A DNA stretch of 64,000 nt from Macrostomum lignano (lineage: Eukaryota), in assembly GCA_002269645.1 (NCBI GenBank), contig NIVC01000106.1, positions 434,001 through 498,000 on the forward strand. Direction: 5' to 3'. Under the pieces are notes generated by a model. That model ran no database searches, was not told where the DNA came from, and saw nothing but the letters and a program-made list of their open reading frames with translations. The translations under genes were made by a program, and so were the position numbers. This document shows, piece after piece, positions 16,975 through 30,607 of the stretch (position 1 is the stretch's first letter; every line of letters starts with the position of its first letter).

Positions 16975-17699
16975 CTGAAATCGGAATAGGCAGATAGTTA
17001 TAATTAGTCTAGGGTAATTAAAGGCCTATGATATTGGCTGTGAAACTTAAGGACATATAGGTAAATTGGGAAGGGCAGAGCAGAAACATTTTCGCTCGGT
17101 TCGGTCGTGAGTGTCGTGCTATGTGACTGCAAAGTGGCAGAGCAGTTGTTTTCCGCTATCATGTTGATGGGCTGTGTAACAGGTAGGATTTTGTGTCCTG
17201 CCTGCCTGCACCTTCTGCTCACGTCGGATAACAAAGAATTGAACTCGAAGCACGGTTTTTCTGGGTCCAGGCTGCTGCGGCCTACAGCCCAGCCGAGGCA
17301 ATGGCCATGCCTTTAGGCCCGCAGATGCGGGCGAGAGAAAAGTGAAGCGAGCGCCTCCACTACTGTCTCTCCTTTTATTTAAAACACAGCAGAACAATCG
17401 CGTGGGAACGTAAACTCTTATAGGCTACATAGAACAAAATGCAAATTACGCAGCAAGTTTTAGGTGCAGCCGTCCTTCGCAAATATGACTGCATTCTATG
17501 CAGCTCATAGGCTGCCGTGTCATCACCTGGCAGCCTTTCCGACTTTTTTCGACATGATCTTTGTAGGTAAAGCGCGATATATGAGAAAGCACCATTTCTG
17601 TTTGTCCGTTGCTCAACTTGGTGGTGCCGCTATCTACACTTCCTATCAACGACGTCTACGAGTACTCTCTGCTTCGGCGGGGTGTATGCAGAAACTAGC

Positions 17700-18537
17700 A
17701 GAATTCGCGAGAGACAGCCGATGATATCGCCCTGCTGTCCTTTAACCTCTACGCGACAGGTGGTGCTTGGCATCACCCTTGTTGCCAACGGCTGTGCCGA
17801 AATCGGGACATAGACTATTTGACAGTCGCTACGAACAACTTTGTTAGTTTTCCTAGGAGCCACGTTGAAATCAATCAGACCATGGCCGGGTTCCATTTGA
17901 TTGCCGAACTGCCACATGTCATTGGTGTTATCGACTGCACAAATGTCGCTATCAAGAGTCCAACTAACAATGAGTATGTTTTTGAGAACAGAAAATCGTT
18001 TTATTCTATTAATGTTCAAGCTGTGTGCAGTGTCTCAATGTCATTCACGAACATTCTAGTACGCTGGCCGAGAAGTACACACGATTCTTTCATATTCAAC
18101 AACTCTGCATTAAAGGAGATTCTATCAGAAGTGTTAGTGGCAGTATTCCTCGTCGGTGATAGTGGATATCCTCTGAGACCATTTCTCATGAAGGTTTTCG
18201 ACACTCCAAAAGAGATGCAAGAGAGACCGACTTCAACCGGAGGCTGCGACAAACTCGGGTGAAAATAGAATGTTCATTCGGGATTCTAAAGTCTCGATTT
18301 TAATGCCTGAATCGTCATTCCGCAAGTCTCCGATTCCATCCGAGCAAGTTTTGCTTGATAATAAGCGCCTGTTTTGTGCTGCATAACATTGCGATCAACA
18401 GAGGAGTTCCACTGGTTGTGCCGATCCAGCCTGACATCAATGACGAACCGGAGGATGTTGGCGTCGATGATATTGGAGCTAGAAGAGCCGAGCGAATTCG
18501 CATCGTACATTTGATACAACATGCAAGTAATCAGTAA
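17700..18537 (+). pseudogene. PIF/Harbinger (HARBI1-like) DDE transposase relic, copy 1
   Basis: Motifs HVIGVIDCTNVAI, NRKSFYSINVQAVC, THDS, GDSGYPL, KIECSFGILKSRF and ACFVLHNI. Frameshift near 18230 and TAA at 18301-18303. Confidence 0.9.
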
Positions 18538-19860
18538 AGAGGCCCTGGAGCTGGGCCATTGTGGGCACGAGGTTGGCGGCGCGGTTGTTCCGGATTTCGG
18601 TCTGGAGCTCGAGCGGGAGGCGGTTCCAGAGTGCGTAGACGCGGCTGTCGAGGGTGCACGCGAGCTCACCTAGGCGGAGTAGCTGGCCGGTAGCGAGTCG
18701 GAGGGCGTCGGTGTAATTCTCGAGCTCATCCAAGTCGGAGGCGGAGCTGCAGTGAAGAGCGAAAAGGATCTGGAAGAAGGCGTTTTTCTGCTCCTGGGCA
18801 TCGGCGTAGTTGGCCTGGAGGACGCGGCAGGCTTCGGCGTAGGCGTTGGGCTGGCAAGCGTCGAGGGCGCCAAGCTTCCGGAGTGCCGAGCCAGAGTGAA
18901 GACCGCGGAGCGCCTCAAACTTATCGACGTCGTTGAGACTGGATTGGTCGACGTGGTAGAAGAAGGCGTTCCAGAACCCGGGGAATGCGGTGGGGTCGGT
19001 GCCGTCGAATGTCGGGAGACGAACCTTCTGGAGAACAGTGGAGTGGATTAGAGCGGCCGGATCGCTATCGCTGGTTGCGGACTACGACGCAGATTTCAGG
19101 GCAGGATGGGAATTAGCGGCGAGCTGTTGTATGAGCAGCTGATTCTGCTGCATCATGGCGGTCATAGCGGTCAGGAGGGCGTTGATATCGACGGAGGCAG
19201 CGGGAGCTGCTGCAGGGATCGCAGTTGTGGAAGGAGCAGCGGGAAGAGCAGATGTCGCGGCTGCTGAAGCAGCAGGCGGCGGGTCACTGGCTTTGACGTG
19301 CGGCTGCTCCGCGTCGATTGGCGCTTCAGCAGAGGCTGTGCTGTGGTCGTTCTTGGACTGCTTGATCTGGTCGCCAGATAGGTCAGTTGTTGATCGCGTG
19401 ATAACCATGGTAATCCGGACGCTCTGCTACCAATTTGTAGAATAGATTCGTCGAGGAAGAGAGAGGAACCACGCTCTGCTACCAATTTGTGGAAGTTGAC
19501 AATAAACTAATATTGAACGAGCGGTTAGCGGGGAAGGAATCAGTAGAAGAGAAGCAGAGGTGAAGGGCAGAAGCCGCGAGTTGAACTTGTATTTGTACTA
19601 ACACAGCGAACAGGGTAGCTGAAATGTCTGTGGCAAATTAACGGTTATGCTAGTCTGTGGGAAAAGCGTGGTAGACGAAGGGAGCCAGCTAACTGAAAAG
19701 TACGAGTCTTTATTGCAAAACAGAAAGTAGAAATATTTGAAGGATGAAATCGCCAAGACCTCGAATTTGACAAACTTGCTCGGATAGCTAATGAAGTCAG
19801 TGTTGCTGCCTGCAAGATAGGTGAAGAATTTCTACTTTCTAGACAAGCAGGTCATTAACA
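18538..19860 (-). mobile_element. BEL/Pao-type LTR retrotransposon 5' fragment (putative LTR 19488-19860, tRNA-iMet PBS, truncated gag)
   Basis: The gag from ATG 19408 has KVRLPTFDG..FWNAF...DKFEALRGL...AYAEA..VLQANY (DUF1759-like), with a premature stop at 19082-19084. PBS TGGTAGCAGAGCGTGGTT lies at 19484-19467. The LTR limits (TGTT...CACA) are tentative. Confidence 0.8.
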
Positions 19861-22135
19861 TGGAACTCTATCGCATCGCAGAACTGACACGGTGTCTTCG
19901 GCTGCGTCGACGGTCTCGCCCTGCTGTTATCAACTACAACAACAACTGTTCTCAACTAGTGATGAGGCGCTAACGAATGATGCTCGCCAATGGTGCCTCA
20001 TTCCTTTGGTTATTGCGCTTGTACTTTGCTTCCACAGCTTCTACTTAATAATTAATAATTAATAATAATTAATAACTAATAATATAACTACTTAATAATA
20101 ATAAGTCAAAGACTTTCTGCCACCCAGCTCAGCCTCAGACACTTCGAGATGTTAAATCAGCAAGCAGTGCGACTTGATGAAATATTGGCTTTCATGCTGA
20201 CCTGACATCCTTGATGCTGGATGCCATCAGAGTCCCATAACCATTTAAATATCTCGCTCGAGTGCAGGAAGGAAAGTCGCGTTGCAAGAACAGGCACTCC
20301 AGGAAAGCTTGAATAAATAAGCAACGCAATAATTGTACTTTATATCGACAATCATTTATTTATTTTGGATAAACGCAATAAAATATACTTATTATCAGTC
20401 AATGGGGTAGTGGGTGCATAATGTACAGAGACACAGCTTAATGATATTACGAGCTAAGTCGTAACCAAGTTACCAAGAACACAGGTGAGTCAACAATGAC
20501 TAAACGCATCCAGTCTTAGCGCGTTCATACGCTGGTGTGACATGCTGAACTTCTCAACACTTCTTGCAAGTCGCTCAGGCAACAGCCGAATGGTTGACAT
20601 ATGATGTCATGTGATCGCCCTTGCGGATCATGCAGGTCTGAAATGCTGCGACTCCGAGACGTCTCAAAGCGCCACTGAAATTCTTGTCATTGTCAACTTC
20701 GCGGCAGCTGTTGAGTACATCGCGCATAACACAAAAAACAGAGACTGCGGCATGACTCTCAGCCAAAGATGCAAAAATTACATTTCGTAATATTGCAGAG
20801 GGTGGACCCAAGTATAAGTACAAAGCCTAACAAAAAACTGCTTAGTTTTTTAATCTGAAAAATGGATTCAGATTACCTGATCACTATGAGAATCCGTGTA
20901 TTTAATAATGGCAATTATGCCGAATTTACGTAAAAATAAAAGTACACAACTTTGATGCTTTTATTACTGTAGAGATGAGGTATTAAAAGAGCAAAGTGCA
21001 CATTTTATGGATCAATTATGGAATAAGCTGAGTCGGCTGAGTCGCTTCATCAAACTGGCGCAGGCGCGGCTGTGAATGTTTTGTCAAAGTCTGCCGCAAT
21101 CATCGAGCAAACAAACTTTAAGTGACGCAACAGCGCGTCAGCGCTGGCAAAAGTGCGCAATAAAATTCAGTAAATTTTGCACTGCGTTCAAAACGGAGCA
21201 GCGAATTAAAGGCTCCCGCCTTCGCCAGTGCGCGGTTGCGAGAGCGACTGCTGTTCTCAGGCTCTCAGGCTACAGCAGCCTGGCCAATTATCGTGAAGGA
21301 AGGGATGACGGCAGGCAGGGAGGGGAGCAAGACTGGAGGATTGCGGTGATATTAAAGGTCAAACCTGAGCAAGATCTAATGAGTTTTGATTGCTTTGTAG
21401 AGGTTCATTCATTGAATGTTACTGTAAGTAGAACAATGCACACATTCGAAGCAAAACTTGAACTTCGTTAAGTTAAACTTAAACGTTACGCTCCAAAGAT
21501 CTTACGCTTGCTGGAGCAGCTAAGCGAGGCTACATCTCTGAGGGAAATAAATACTTTTCGGTAAGCCTTTGTTCGAGTCTTCGTTATTTGATTATTGAGA
21601 GCGATTTTATTGCCGGCCATTACTGATCAGTTGAATTACTGAGTTAATTGATTTTGATACCCTAGAGTAACCGATAGGGGCACACGACTCCGATTCGGTT
21701 ATTTCTAGAAGAAGACGCCCTTTCTGAAGGACGTCGTTATTGCTATGAAGTTGACTTTGTTATTAGGGCGCATCTCTGATAATTGACTTCTGCACTCGAG
21801 AAATTCTTCGACGTCGACGGATTAAATTGTAACGCGCTCACATTCGGCCGATTTTTAGAATTCAAGAAGACTACTCCGGAGGAAGACTCCATAGAAGACT
21901 ACGAGCCCTACGAACCTGCCCGACAAAGAAGAGGAGCCCGCACCCGTGAGTGATCACTGAATTTTGTTCCCAGGCTTAAGGTCTGGAAGTGAGAGTTTTC
22001 GGGTGACTGATCACCACCCGATTAAACTCTTCAGCTTGATGGCTTGATAATTTTGATAGTTCTTGTAGATAAATGCAAATTTTCAATTTCTACAGCACGG
22101 CAAACACAATAGACAGCCAGCTGCTTAGTACTCAC

Positions 22136-22238
22136 CTCAGCCATGGAGCTGCTCGAGTGCCTTCGGCTGCTCAAGGGCGGCTGAGTCGCTGCCGAGGTGC
22201 TGACAGAGCTGATGTGCTGCGCTGAGTTTGAGATGCGT
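22136..22238 (-). other. Candidate upstream exon (start ATG-GCT-GAG, M-A-E) for ankyrin gene copy 1
   Basis: Minus strand shows acceptor TCCATTCTCAG| at 22239, a 103-nt exon ending ...TCC ATG GCT GAG|GTGAGT (ATG 22144-22142, donor 22135). The phase-0 donor matches the phase-0 acceptor at 16974. Inference only, with no transcript evidence. Confidence 0.45.
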
Positions 22239-22278
22239 CTGAGAATGGAGGCGGGACTTACGATGACGGTGGTGTACA

Positions 22279-22717
<439 letters not shown>

Positions 22718-23545
22718 GGCACTCACCGGTTACTATTTGTGAACTGTGCTGTGAGGATTCAGAAGCAAAACAGTAAAGTTATGCCTGTGGCTTCTCTGCT
22801 CCAAAAAGCCAATGCAGTCTAAAAAAATTCTCGAGTATGCCTGAGGCCGATGTGAGCTGACGCGCTCCAAGAGGCCCCTTCTGCATCTCTTAAAGAGAAG
22901 CTCGAAACGAAGAAAGGCAGAAAAGAAGGCAGACAGAGAGAGCTGCAAGCAGATGGAGAACAATAGCGAGCTCAGCATCCATGCCCGCCTCTGTGCACCC
23001 AGCCTGATGAAGCTACTGTATTGAATTGAGCTGAACTGTTTTCAGATGCTCGGACAGGTAAAGGGCTGCCACTGCACTCATACGGTCTTGAGCATAGAGA
23101 CAGCTCTCTAGCCCCCTATGCTGTTGCTGGGCAGCTCAGACCCCAACCTCACAGAGGTGGAATCGAGCTCGGAGACGGAGTGCTGGGGAAGGCGGGGACC
23201 CCAAAGGTATTGAACTGAATGGTCAATTGAAATGACAGCAGTGCACAGTTTTAAAGCACAGTTGCACAGTTTAAATTTTGTACAAGCGATTCGGTAAGAC
23301 TTCGGTAAGAGAGTGTTTTCATATTTGAAAAAATGTCGAAAACGCTGCTTGCTATTCTTGCTCTAGAGAAGTGTGCTGGCTGTCTAATGGTGGGTGCGTT
23401 AGATAAGGGGCAAGGGGCTGCAGGTCGGGAATGCAGGTTTTCTGTTAGATCACAACTAAGGTCCTTACAGTACATTTTCATGTAATGACTCGCTAAAGTA
23501 AAAAAGTAATGAATAGTCCCTACGGTCAGAATCAGGAATCAGAAT

Positions 23546-26500
23546 TAGGGATCAGGATTGGGGATCTGGATTGGGGATCAGGATTAAGGATCAGGATTGG
23601 GGATCAGGATTGGGGATCAGGATTGAGGATCAGGATTGGGGATCAGGATTGGGGATCAGGATTGGGGATCAGGATTGGGGATCAGGATTGGGGATCAGGA
23701 TTGGGGATCAGGATTGGGGATCAGGATTGGGGATCAGGATTGGGGATCAGGATTGGGGATCAGGATTGGGGATCAGGATTGGGGATCAGGATTGGGGATC
23801 AGGATTGGGGATCAGGATTGGGGATCAGGATTGGGGATCAGGATTGGGGATCAGGATTGGGGATCAGGATAGACTATCAGGATAGACTATCAGGATTGGG
23901 TATCTGGATTGGGGATTAGGATTGGGTATCAGGATTGGGGATCAGGATTGGGGATCAGGATTGGGGATCAGGATTGGGGATCAGGATTGGGGATCAGGAT
24001 TGGGGATCAGGATTGGGAATCAGGATTGGGGATCAGGATTGGGGATCAGGATTGGGGATCAGGATTGGGGATCAGGATTGGGGATCAGAATTGGGGATCA
24101 GGATTGGGGATCAGGATTGGGGATCAGGATTGGGGATCAGGATTGGGGATCAGGATTGGGGATCAGGATTGGGGATTAGGATTGGGGATCAGGATTGGCG
24201 ATCAGGATTGGGGATCAGAATTGGGGATCAGGATTGGGGATCAGGATTGGGGATCAGGATTGGGGATCAGGATTGGGGATCAGGATTGGGGATCAGGATT
24301 GGGGATCAGGATTGAAGATCAGGATTGGGGATCAGGATAGACTATCCGGATAGACTATCGGGATAGACTATCAGGATTGGGGATCTGGATTGGGGATTAG
24401 GATTGGGTATCAGGATTGGGGATCAGGATTGGGGATCAGGATTGGGGATCAGGATTGGGGATCAGGATTGGGGATCAGGATTGGGGATCAGGATTGGGGA
24501 TCAGGATTGGGGATCAGGATTGGGGATCAGGATTGGGGATCAGGATTGGGGATGGAGATTGAGGATCAGGATTGGGGATCAGGATTGGGGATCAGGATTG
24601 GGGATGGAGATTGAGGATCAGGATTGGGGATGGAGATTGAGGATCAGGATTGGGGATGGAGATTGAGAATCAGGATTGGGGATCAGGATTGGGGATCAGG
24701 ATTGGGGATCAGGATTGGGGATCAGGATTGGGGATCTGGATTTTGGGATTAGGATTGGGGATCAAGATTGGGGATCAGGATTGGGGATCAGGATTGGGGA
24801 TCAGGATTGGGGATCAGGATAGACTATCAGGATAGACTATCAGGATTGGGTATCTGGATTGGGGATCTGGATTGGGGATTAGGATTGGGTATCAGGATTG
24901 GGGATCAGGATTGGGGATCAGGATTGGGGATCAGGATTGGGGATCAGGATAGACTATCAGGATTGGGGATCAGGATTGGGGATCAGGATTGGGAATCAGG
25001 ATTGGGGATCAGGATTGGGGATCAGGATTGGGGATCAGGATTGGGGATCAGGATTGGGGATCAGGATTGGGGATCAGGATTAAAGATCAGGATTGGGGAT
25101 CAGGATTGGGGATCAGGATTGGGGATCAGGATTGGGGATCAGGATTGGGGATCAGGATTGGGGATCAGGATTGGGGATCAGGATTGGGGATCAGGATTGG
25201 GGATCAGGATTGGGGATCAGGATTGGGGATCAGGATTGGGGATCAGGATTGGGGATCAGGATTGAAGATCAGGATTGGGGATCAGGATAGACTATCAGGA
25301 TAGACTATCAGGATAGACTATCAGGATAGACTATCAGGATAGACTATCAGGATAGACTATCAGGATAGAAAATCAGGATTGGGGATCTGGATTGGGGATT
25401 AGGATTGGGTATCAGGATTGGGGATCAGGATTGGGGATCAGGATTGGGGATCAGGATTGGGGATCAGGATTGGGGATCAGGATTGGGGATCAGGATTGGG
25501 GATCAGGATTGGGGATCAGGATTGGGGATCAGGATTGGGGATCCGGATTGGGGATCAGGATTGGGGATCAGGATTGGGGATCAGGATTAGGGATCAGGAT
25601 TGGGGATCAGGATTGGGGATCAGAATTGGGGATCAGGACTGGGGATCAGGATTGGGGATCAGGATTGGGGATCAGGATTGGGGATCAGGATTGAAGATCA
25701 GGATTGGGGATCAGGATAGACTATCAGGATAGACTATCAGGATAGACTATCAGGATAGACTATCAGGATAGACTATCAGGATAGACTATCAGGATAGACA
25801 ATCAGGATTGGGGATCTGGATTGGGGATTAGGATTGGGTATCAGGATTGGGGATCAGGATTGGGGATCAGGATTGGGGATCAGGATTGGGGATCAGGAGT
25901 GGGGATCAGGATTGGGGATCAGGATTGGGGATCAGGATTGGGGATCAGGATTGGGGATCAGGATTGGGGATCAGGATTGGGGATCAGAATTGGGGATCAG
26001 GATTGGGGATCAGAATTGGGGATCAGAATTGGGGATCAGGACTGGGGATCAGGATTGGGGATCAGGATTGGGGATCAGGATTGGGGATCAGGATTGAAGA
26101 TCTGGATTGGGGATCAGGATAGACTATCAGGATAGACTATCAGGATAGACTATCAGGATAGACTATCAGGATAGACTATCAGGATAGACTATCAGAATAG
26201 TCTATCAGGATAGACTATCAGGATTGGGGATCTGGATTGGGGATTAGGATTGGGTATCAGGATTGGGGATCAGAATTGGGGATCAGGATTGGGGATCAGG
26301 ATTGGGGATCAGGATTGAGGATCAGGATGGACTTTTAGGATAGACTATCAGGATTGGGGATCTGGATTGGGGATTAGGATTGGGGATCAGGATTGGGGAT
26401 CAGGATTGAAGATAAGGATTGGGGATCAGGATAGACTATCAGGATAGACTATCAGGATAGACTATCAGGATTGACTATCAGGATAGACAATCAGGATTGG

Positions 26501-28522
26501 GGATCAGGATTGAGGATCAGGATGGACTATCAGGATAGACTATCAGGATTGGGGATCTGGATTGGGGATTAGGATTGGGGATCAGGATTGGGGATCAGGA
26601 TTGAAGATAAGGATTGGGGATCAGGATTGGGGATCAGGATTGGGGATCAGGATTGGGGATCAGGATTGGGGATCAGGATTGGGGATCAGGATTGGGGATC
26701 AGGATTGGGGATCAGGATTGGGGATCAGGATTGGGGATCAGGATTAAAGATCAGGATTGGGGATCAGGATTGGGGATCAGGATTGGGGATCAGGATTGGG
26801 GATCAGGATTGGGGATCAGGATTGGGGATCAGGATTGGGGATCAGGATTGAAGATCAGGATTGGGGATCAGGATTGGGGATCAGGATTGGGGATCAGGAT
26901 TGGGGATCAGGATTGGGGATCAGGATTGGGGATCAGGATTGAAGATCAGGATTGGGGATCAGGATTGGGGATCAGGATAGACTATCAGGATAGACTATCA
27001 GGATTGGGGATCTGGATTGGGGATTAGGATTGGTTATCAGGATTGGGGATCAGGATTGGGGATCAGGATTGGGGATTAGGATTGGGGATCAGGATTGGGG
27101 ATCAGGATTGGGGATCAGGATTGGGGATCAGGATTAGGGATCAGGATTGGGGATCAGGATTGGGGATCAGGATTGGGGATCAGGATTGGGGATCAGGATT
27201 GGGGATCAGGATTGGGGATCAGGATTGGGGATCAGGATTGGATCAGGATTGGGGATCAGGATTGGGGATCAGGATTGGGGATCAGGATTGGGGATCAGGA
27301 TTGGGGATCAGGATTGGGGATCAGGATTGAAGATCAGGATTGGGGATCAGGATAGACTATCAGGATAGACTATCAGGATAGACTATCAGGATTGGGTATC
27401 TGGATTGGGGATCTGGATTGGGGATTAGGATTGGGTATCAGGATTGGGGATCAGGATTGGGGATCAGGATTGGGGATCAGGATTGGGGATCAGGATAGAC
27501 TATCAGGATTGGGGATCTGGATTGGGGATTAGGATTGGGGATCAGGATTGGGGATCAGGATTGGGGATCAGGATTGGGGATCAGGATTGGGGATCAGGAT
27601 AGACTATCAGGATAGACTATCAGGATTGGGTATCTGGATTGGGGATCTGGATTGGGGATTAGGATTGGGTATCAGGATTGGGGATCAGGATTGGGGATCA
27701 GGATTGGGGATCAGGATAGACTATCAGGATTGGGGATCAGGATTGGGGATCAGGATTTGGGATCAGGATTGGGGATCAGGATTGGGGATCAGGATTGGGG
27801 ATCAGGATTGGGGATTAGGATTGGGGATCAGGATTGGGATCAGGATTGGGATCAGGATTGGGGATCAGGATTGGGGATCAGGATTGGGGATCAGGATTGG
27901 GGATCAGGATTGGGGATCAGGATTGGGGATCAGGATTGGGGATCAGGATTGGGGATCAGGATTGGGGATCAGGATTGGGGATCAGGATTGGGGATGGAGA
28001 TTGAGGATCAGGATTGGGGATCAGAATTGGGGATGGAGATTGAGGATCAGGATTGGGGATCAGGATTGGGGATCAGGATTGGGGATCAGGATTGGGGATC
28101 AGGATTGGGGATCAGGATTGGGGATCAGGATTGGGGATTAGGATTGGGGATCAGGATTGGGGATCAGGATTGGGGATCAGGATTGGGGATCAGGATTGAA
28201 GATCAGGATTGGGGATCAGGATAGACTATCAGGATAGACTATCGGGATAGACTATCAGGATTGGGGATCTGAATTGGGGATCAGGATTGGGGATGGCGAT
28301 TGAGGATCAGGATTGGGGATGAGCACGGAGGATCTGGATTGGGAATCAGGATTGGGGATCAGGATTGGGGATCAGGATTGGGGATCAGGATTGGGGATCA
28401 GGATTGGGGATCAGGATTGGGGATCAGGATTGGGGATCAGGATTGGGGATCAGGATTGGGGATCAGGATTGGGGATCAGGATTGGGGATCAGGATTGGGG
28501 ATCAGGATTGGGGATCAGGATT
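23546..28522. repeat. 13-bp minisatellite (GGGGATCAGGATT)n, expanded ~5 kb allele with (GATAGACTATCAG)n sub-arrays
   Basis: Same flanks as 6416-7286. GATAGACTATCAG runs occur only in this copy. Confidence 0.98.
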
Positions 28523-28676
28523 ATTGGGAGTGAAACAGCCGGACACATTGAGACTGAGGAGATGCTCGACCATCCTTGCAGCGGTGCTAAAATCAAATAA
28601 TTCAAAGATTCACTACTATAATTGCAGCCTTGGGGACAACAAAGTTAATAATTTTGAGTGTCATCCATGCCAGCAA

Positions 28677-29844
28677 CAAGGACTACTTAAGAACACAGGA
28701 CGTTACACTTGCAAATATTGGCAGAATTCTAAAAGGCCGCTTTGAATGCATGTGTCTATGGTTTTAGTGGCCTTTTTGCTTAGTAATTCGCATCGCAGCG
28801 TAGCATGATACTCATAACCCATAAGTCTACGTTAGAGCACCAAGCAGACAAGATCGCAAACAGCTCACTTTATTGTGTTCTCTGGATCTTTTATTTCTTT
28901 CTTCAAATTAAATTATCAATTGAGTTATACAAGATGCCGACGAAGTGTTGCGTTCCAGGCTGCACAAGCAACTACAAAAGTGGTAAAAGGTGCACCGTAT
29001 ATACTTTTCCGAAACAAGAGGCTGAAATTGACTCCTGGATGAAGGCTTTGCGGTTATGTCTCGTACAAGGAAAATTTGTCCGGGAAAAGCACCGAGGCAT
29101 ATGCTACAGACAACAGCTGTGAGTTCACAAAGTTGGTGTCTCGCGGAAAATTGAGTCATCCGCCAGAATGGCTTGTTGTGTATGCTAGTTTCTGCTACGT
29201 CTTCTTTCTCGGCTCCGGACAGCGTTGCGTTAACAGTTCAGTTAATGTGTTTCTGAGAATTTTCGACTCTTTTTTGGATATTGCACTTGGCAACGAGCTA
29301 CTTATAAGAATATCTCGCCGGTTTGCAAATTCCTTTTACAAGGGTTTAGTAAGAAAGGAATCTGAAACTGAGAGACATCAAAGCGGTGTTGGTGCAAGAC
29401 GGTTACGAAAATTAAACTCCGGTTAACTTTGTGACGAATTTATTACTATTTTCACTGTCATCTTTGCTACCATCGTGTTGCTTCTACATTTTAAACAAGT
29501 CCATGAATCGGGATATGAGCGAATAAGTATTATTATTGTTGACCAAGTGTAGTTTCTATCATTCAATATTGTCATTCTTGTTATTTTTGGGTATTTCTTC
29601 GTTTTTTGTTAAACTTCTACACCCTGTTCACGATCACCTTTTGGAGAAAATATAAATATTTTGTCGGTGTACATGCATATAAAAAGCTTTATTTACTAGG
29701 CTTTAATTTCTATTCATGTATTATACACATTGCTTCAAATAGCAAAAAGGCCACTAAAACCATAGACACATGCATTCAAAGCGGCCTTTTAGAATTCTGC
29801 CAATATTTGCAAGTGTAACGTTCTGTGTTCTTAAGTAGTCCTTG
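28677..29844 (+). mobile_element. Non-autonomous P-element-like DNA transposon (THAP N-terminus fused to transposase C-terminus)
   Basis: 104-bp TIRs (28677-28780 and 29741-29844, 1 mismatch) starting CAAGG, and 8-bp TSD GCCAGCAA. MPTKCCVPGCTSNY...YTFPK...W from 28934 is THAP-like. CGYVSYK...SRGKLSHP...RRFANSF follows from about 29049 in another frame. Confidence 0.88.
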
Positions 29845-30322
29845 GCCAGCAATAAAGCGAGTTTGAAGCTGTGGTTCAAGAATCGAAGCAGTAGGCTAAT
29901 GATCCCAAACTGGAGAACCTGATTTACTGGAACAATTATGTACATTAAATTTAAGAGTCAGATTCAAATACACTTGATAAAGAATTTTTACACAGCTGAT
30001 GCCCTTTGCTACAGTTAGGGTACACAAGTGTTTTGTCAAAGACAGGACTTTCAATATTGCTATTGGCACCAGAAAATTGCATGTAGATGTGGCCAATTTT
30101 GCATCCAAAATGAACGAAACTGAAAGTTGTTAGCCAGGGGGTCGGCAAACTCTCCCGAAGCCTCTCGATCCGGCCCGGGGATTAATAATTGTATTAGCGA
30201 TCTGGACTGCTCACGGGCTTGTGTCTCTTTCAGTGCTCTCCTCTCTTCTCTCCTCTCTCTCATCTCTGTTTTTCTATTCTGTAATCTCGTCTCTTCCCTC
30301 TCCTCTCTTTTTCTAATCTCTC

Positions 30323-30323
<1 letters not shown>

Positions 30324-30393
<70 letters not shown>
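30324..30393. repeat. (CT)n microsatellite
   Basis: Perfect CT run of ~70 bp. Confidence 0.98.
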
Positions 30394-30395
<2 letters not shown>

Positions 30396-30607
30396 CTCTC
30401 CTCTTTATCTGTCATATCATATCTTCTCTTCTGAGCTCCCTCTTTCCTTTTCTCTCTCATTTGGCTCTCTTATGAACTGGATTCTTTATCTGACCCTTGA
30501 GGTACGCATGCAGACCCTGGGTTTAAAAACCCTTGGCAGTGTACCGTAGTGTACGAGTAGAAGCTGTAAACTTTGTGACACGTAAAAATTAAAATCTCTG
30601 AGCAATC

